From positions 3,176,213 to 3,240,212 of the forward strand of contig CM082589.2 of the NCBI GenBank assembly GCA_040954595.2: 64,000 bases of DNA, written 5' to 3'. The position numbers and the translations under genes were made by a program. Position 1 is the stretch's first letter, and each line of letters starts with the position of its first letter. Under the pieces are notes generated by a model. The model saw only the letters and a list, made by a program, of their open reading frames with translations, searched no databases and was not told the origin of the DNA. The stretch is from Balanoglossus misakiensis. Taxonomy: Eukaryota; Animalia; Hemichordata. Shown here in pieces: positions 59,361-64,000 of the stretch.

Positions 59361-59925
59361 GCTATAACCCATGATTTTTATCAAAAAATGACCAAATTTT
59401 GAAAATTCGCGAAGTCGAAAATTCGACGATTTTCATGAGCTATAACCCATGATTTTTATCCAAAAACGACCAAATTTTGAAAATTCGCGAAGTCGAAAAA
59501 TCGTCGATTTTTGAAGATTTTCACTTTTGGAAAAAAAATCATGGGTTATAGCTCCTGAATATCTTCAAAATATGACAATTTTTCCGAAATTCGCAAAGTC
59601 GGAAATTCGTTATTTTTTCATCGTTTCCATGAGTCATAACCCATGAAAAATGACCAGAGATGACAAAATTTCCGAAATTCGCAAAGTCGGAAATTCGTCA
59701 TTTTTTCATCGTTTCCATGAGCTATAACCCATGAAAAATGACCAGAGATGACAATATTTCCGAAATTCGCAAAGTCGGAAATTCGTCATTTTATCGCGAA
59801 AATGTCATTGTCATTGTTGATTTTCATTTTAACACATGAAAATTTGAAAAAATGATGAATTTGCAAAATCGAAAATTTTTGAATTTTTGATGATTTTCAT
59901 CAGCCATGAAAATTTGAAAAAAATC
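59361..59925. repeat. Diverged satellite edge with an inverted partial monomer and a third variant
   Basis: Degenerate monomers, an inverted copy (aaaatcatgggttatagctc, ~59531-59585), two ~89-bp units containing catgaaaaatgaccagagatgac, then decaying remnants. Confidence 0.85.
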
Positions 59926-60590
59926 AGAACGTCACTCTTGAACTCAGCATATCATTATCTTTATTTATTTAAAAAAAGGTAAATTTGAATTGGCCATCCA
60001 ATCCAATAAAGTAGACTGTGTCCCAGTTTTCATAGCTGACATTTGATAATTACAATGCGCAGAAATTGCTGTGGGCTACTGTTAAGATTACAATTCATTT
60101 TGAGAAAAGCGAATCACATGTTTTAAGTGGTAAATAATGGTACATATAATAATTGTTCATTTAATCTGAAGTATCCAGTTCAAAAACATAAACGCTCCAA
60201 ATACACATCCTGGTATGTATTGATAAACGAAAGCAAAGCACTGCAATCGGTAGAGGTCGATAGTCAATGACAGCTGCGCTCAGGAAAATGTCCATTATAT
60301 CATTCTAGCTATGATTGATATTACTTTTTTCAATAATTATTACCCAAAAGTATATCAGAAAAATACAAAAATGAAACAATCATGTCATCTTTGACATTCA
60401 AATTTTAGCTGCACCTTAAAGCATCTATTCTATAAAATTTTGCAAAAGCTCCGTCACTCAACAGTACAGAAAAAAAATGTTCAATCCTAATGTGAAGCTA
60501 TAAATGACATACAATACAAATGAAAGTTCTATTCATACTTGCAGATCTTAGCATGTGTAAACTCGGGGCTGGTTGTAGTGAGTGTGGAAT

Positions 60591-63500
60591 TTAGCTGGAA
60601 TCCTTGAGCAGGTAGTAATCGGTGAACGGCAGTGTGGTATGCTGGCTGATGCAGTCTGCAAATGAAAGATGAGAGACGAAAGTCAACAGGTGTGCCACCC
60701 CAAAAAAAACACCATAATTGCAATGTCATTAAATCTATTTGGTTAAGTTAAACTAATCCTTTTAGAACTAAAAGTGTCAAGAAAGACAAGGTATCTATCA
60801 TGGCCACAGTGGTTACTTGATATGTCTACTGCTCCCATTGAGGTCAACACTCAGATGTACAAATGCTCAATGGGTTATTTTATTTTGCCTGTATTCTCGG
60901 TGGCATGGGTGAGACAGGGGGGTACACCCCTATCAACCTCCACGAGGATAACCATCGACGGCCGTGTAACAGTCCAGATATGAAGACCAGCCTATAAATG
61001 GTTCCAAGTCAACACTCACCTAAAACCCACTTCTCTGACACCACAGGTAATTCCTCCTTCGTCCTGATGTCCCCGACGCACAACTTGGCCGTACGGAGAG
61101 TGGTGCACACTTTCCCGCCGCACAGAGTGACCAGGGACGTCAGTTTGTCTTGACTTGGCAGCGTGTTCTCGGCTATATAAATGGAGCCCACGGCGGAGAA
61201 AATGTCCTGTTGGTAGCTGTTCTTGAGACCAAGTGCCTGTTTCTCCAAACGGCATATCTGTTAAAGAAACGTACAGTCAGAGATTATTTGATTTTATAAT
61301 TATGCAGGTTCAACCCCCACCACACCATGGTTTGGTCCAACTCCATAAGTTCTCAATGGCAATGAAGGGCCTCTATATAGGAAAATGGGGGTGAAAGCCT
61401 GCCAACATTACCTGAGCAGCTGGAAAGTAGTCATGGAGTTCATACGGTTCTTCTTCAACCCAGTGGCCGGCTTCCAAGGATTTCAAGATCTATCCAAAAG
61501 AGCGACGAAGAACTCTAAATTAGGAGATATAACTTAACCAAGCTGCGGCCAAAAGTGTAGTTTACTGGTGTGTGTGACTTGGTGGAGCCAAGTCCACTGT
61601 GTGTATCAGTTCACACTATCATTGATTCTTGAAAACTGACGTCAAGCCTGGACTTAAATTCAGTGATCAACAACCTATGACCTTTGGCAAGCATAAACTA
61701 ACCCTTAATGTCTTACCCATTCTGTAGACACGATCCAACACCCCCTGGCCAATCCGAACAACACATTCAGGGTTCTTCGGTTTCCTCCACAGATCACGTG
61801 AGTTGTGTTTTGCGTCACACTATCAACAACAGAATATCTCTTCAGTTTCTTCACCACAGACAGTATCAAGTCTTGATCACTGAAAAAAAAAATGGATGAG
61901 ACAAAAACCGGATGATGACAGTGGAAAATAAAAATGGTCAAAAGTTACAGCTAGTGGACAATTCTTACCTATGTGGGATACTGGTCATGACAATGGTGCT
62001 CTTAAACTGCAAACAAAAACAAAATTGAATTAAAACTTGCAAATAATATTTGTGAAAGGTTTGACTTAAGACTGTTAAGTCCCCATAAATCAAAATCCCT
62101 TCAGACATATCTTTTCTGACAAGAAAAATAACTGTTTTTGAAAAGTTACAAAATGCAGTATTTATGATGTTTCTAAATTTTCACAAGGTTACCCTTTCTT
62201 GTTTTCTCTCTTTTGTTGATGTTCTGCGTTTCTTCGTATCTCTCTCTGATCCACTCTCCGAGTCTGAGCTGAGGTTGAAACTTCCTCTTTTCTGCAGACT
62301 GGTTTTTCTCTTCCGCAAGAGATTAAATTCATCGATACTCTTCCTCGACTTCCGAATTTCCGCGACCACGCCCTGACTCAGGCTGACATCATCGCCAACT
62401 GCACCCTCCTTCCGAAACACGTCTTCATTTTCCTTCCCGTCGTCTGCATCATAACTGTCCTGTTTCTTTGGAGTCTGTTCCCTGTCCAGCTGCAGGCTTT
62501 TGGCACGAGATTTCTTCCTGACCTTTACGTTATTCTCAGAGTCTAGACTCCCTGCTCTTAAACTTTTTGGATTCTTGGCTTTTGGTTGGATGTGGTCACC
62601 CGATGATCCTGTGGTTTTTGCCCCTCCCTCCTCGGGCACTATCAGCTCCTCCGTCAGAATGTGTGGTCCGTTTGTTGGCAGCAGTTTCCGTTTCTTACTC
62701 TTTGGCGGCACGACTGTATTTCCAACGTCTTGTCTGTTGCCTGGATTCAAAGAAGATTCAGACTTTCTCCTTTCCTTGGTTAACTTCGCTGCTGTTTCAG
62801 TCAAATTTTGCACCCTATCAGGTTTCTCCGTTTCCGTTCTTGTATCCGTCTTGAAAGTGACAGATTTCCGTCTTCCAGGATTTGAAGCTCGCCTCTCTTC
62901 ATAACTTTTGCTTGGCGTTTTTCTGTCACCTGATTCCGACTTGTCGTCTTCTGTGACTGCATTTCTTGCTGTGAACGCCACGGACCTCCTTGGTCTCTTC
63001 GCCGGGGGCATGGAAATAGCACTGCTGGATTCAATTCCAGGCTTTGAGTCCGGAATCCCTGCAGTGGAATCAGCGTCGTCTTCCACACCTCTAACCACAG
63101 TTTCCTGTTTGCTTGATTTGATGCGTATTGACCTCCTCCTGATCTTCCGCTGTATGCCGACGTCTCTCGTCTCAGACGGTGAATCCTCAGCACATCCCTG
63201 CGATTGGCCCTCACTTACTCCCGCGTGTGACTTCCGCCGAGATCCCCCGACGCCCTGACTTCGCTTTTCCTCGCAGCTGCTGCGTGCGGTGTCTTTGCCG
63301 GCCAGGTCAGAACTGAGCACCGTCCTCCTCCTTGATGTTCTCGACCCAGTCCCCGTATCACCTTTGCTCCGCATCGCACCTGTATCCGAGGCAACCACTG
63401 GGTGGCTCTTCTTGCTCTTCGCGTCCACTCTGGTCTGAGCGCTCACCACATCTGGAGTCAAATCTAGAGTTTCAGGCCTCGTAGCACCTGACACCAAACC

Positions 63501-64000
63501 CACAGCACCATATCTGGAGGACCCTCCTCCTGGATCATCGCCAGACACATGTTTTGCCTCCGTGCATCCTTCCTCCTTCCGTTGCCCGGCAAACTCTTTC
63601 CCCTCGTCACCTTCCATGACCAACTTCAAAAGATTCCTCTCTGGGGTCTTTCCAGGGCCAACTTTGAGTCGCCTTGATTTACTTGCTCGCTGCAAGGAGT
63701 TGACTTTCTTGGAGAGAGACTCGTACATCATCTCCGGGAGGCTTTCATCTTCTGAGTCTGAACTGTCTGAGAAAGTAAGTGCTGTTGGTAAGAAACAAAA
63801 ACATACATGTATCAAGGACATCATGCCTATCTCTGGTCCCAAACATTAAACAACCATCACAGTGACTGTACATTCTGATAGGAGAAATTGCTCTGAAAAA
63901 TCTGAAGTCATTCCATCATTGCTTGATGACACAGTCATGACTGTGACGTCACTAAAGCAACAAGAAAAAAAACAAAGCAGACTTACAAAACAAGGATTTC
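60591..64000 (-). CDS. MCPH1: Microcephalin (MCPH1/BRIT1), 3' part with central region and tandem C-terminal BRCT domains (5' end outside window)
   Basis: Minus-strand exons 64000-63987 (partial, tentative), 63781-62193, 62006-61969, 61879-61717, 61489-61412, 61257-61020, 60655-60591. They translate to [84 protein letters not shown], matching MCPH1 BRCT2/3. Minus-strand AATAAA at 59960-59969. Confidence 0.92.

Overview
Eukaryotic, intron-rich invertebrate genomic DNA; gene content and style suggest an invertebrate deuterostome such as a hemichordate (inference). In order: (1) the last coding exon and long 3' UTR of an ASXL/Asx gene; (2) a tandem cluster of four paralogous secreted-protein units mostly missed by the ORF track, built from LDL-receptor class A (LDLa) exons and 12-Cys three-finger (Ly6/uPAR, LU) cassettes in different combinations: A = SP-5xLDLa-LU1-LU2, B = SP-5xLDLa-LU2, C = SP-2xLDLa, D = SP-LU1, each with a similar promoter and 5' non-coding exon; (3) RSPH10B (MORN repeats, 18 coding exons); (4) a peroxisomal (SKL) alpha-hydroxyacid oxidase on the minus strand; (5) a head-to-head gene encoding two CABIT domains, duplicated tyrosine motifs and a SAM domain (THEMIS/GAREM-like); (6) a ~21 kb, highly homogeneous 87/88-bp satellite array with subfamilies, higher-order duplications and an internally palindromic monomer; (7) the 3' half of MCPH1 (microcephalin) on the minus strand, ending next to the satellite. 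Exon coordinates were read by hand from splice signals and reading frames; no database search was run.
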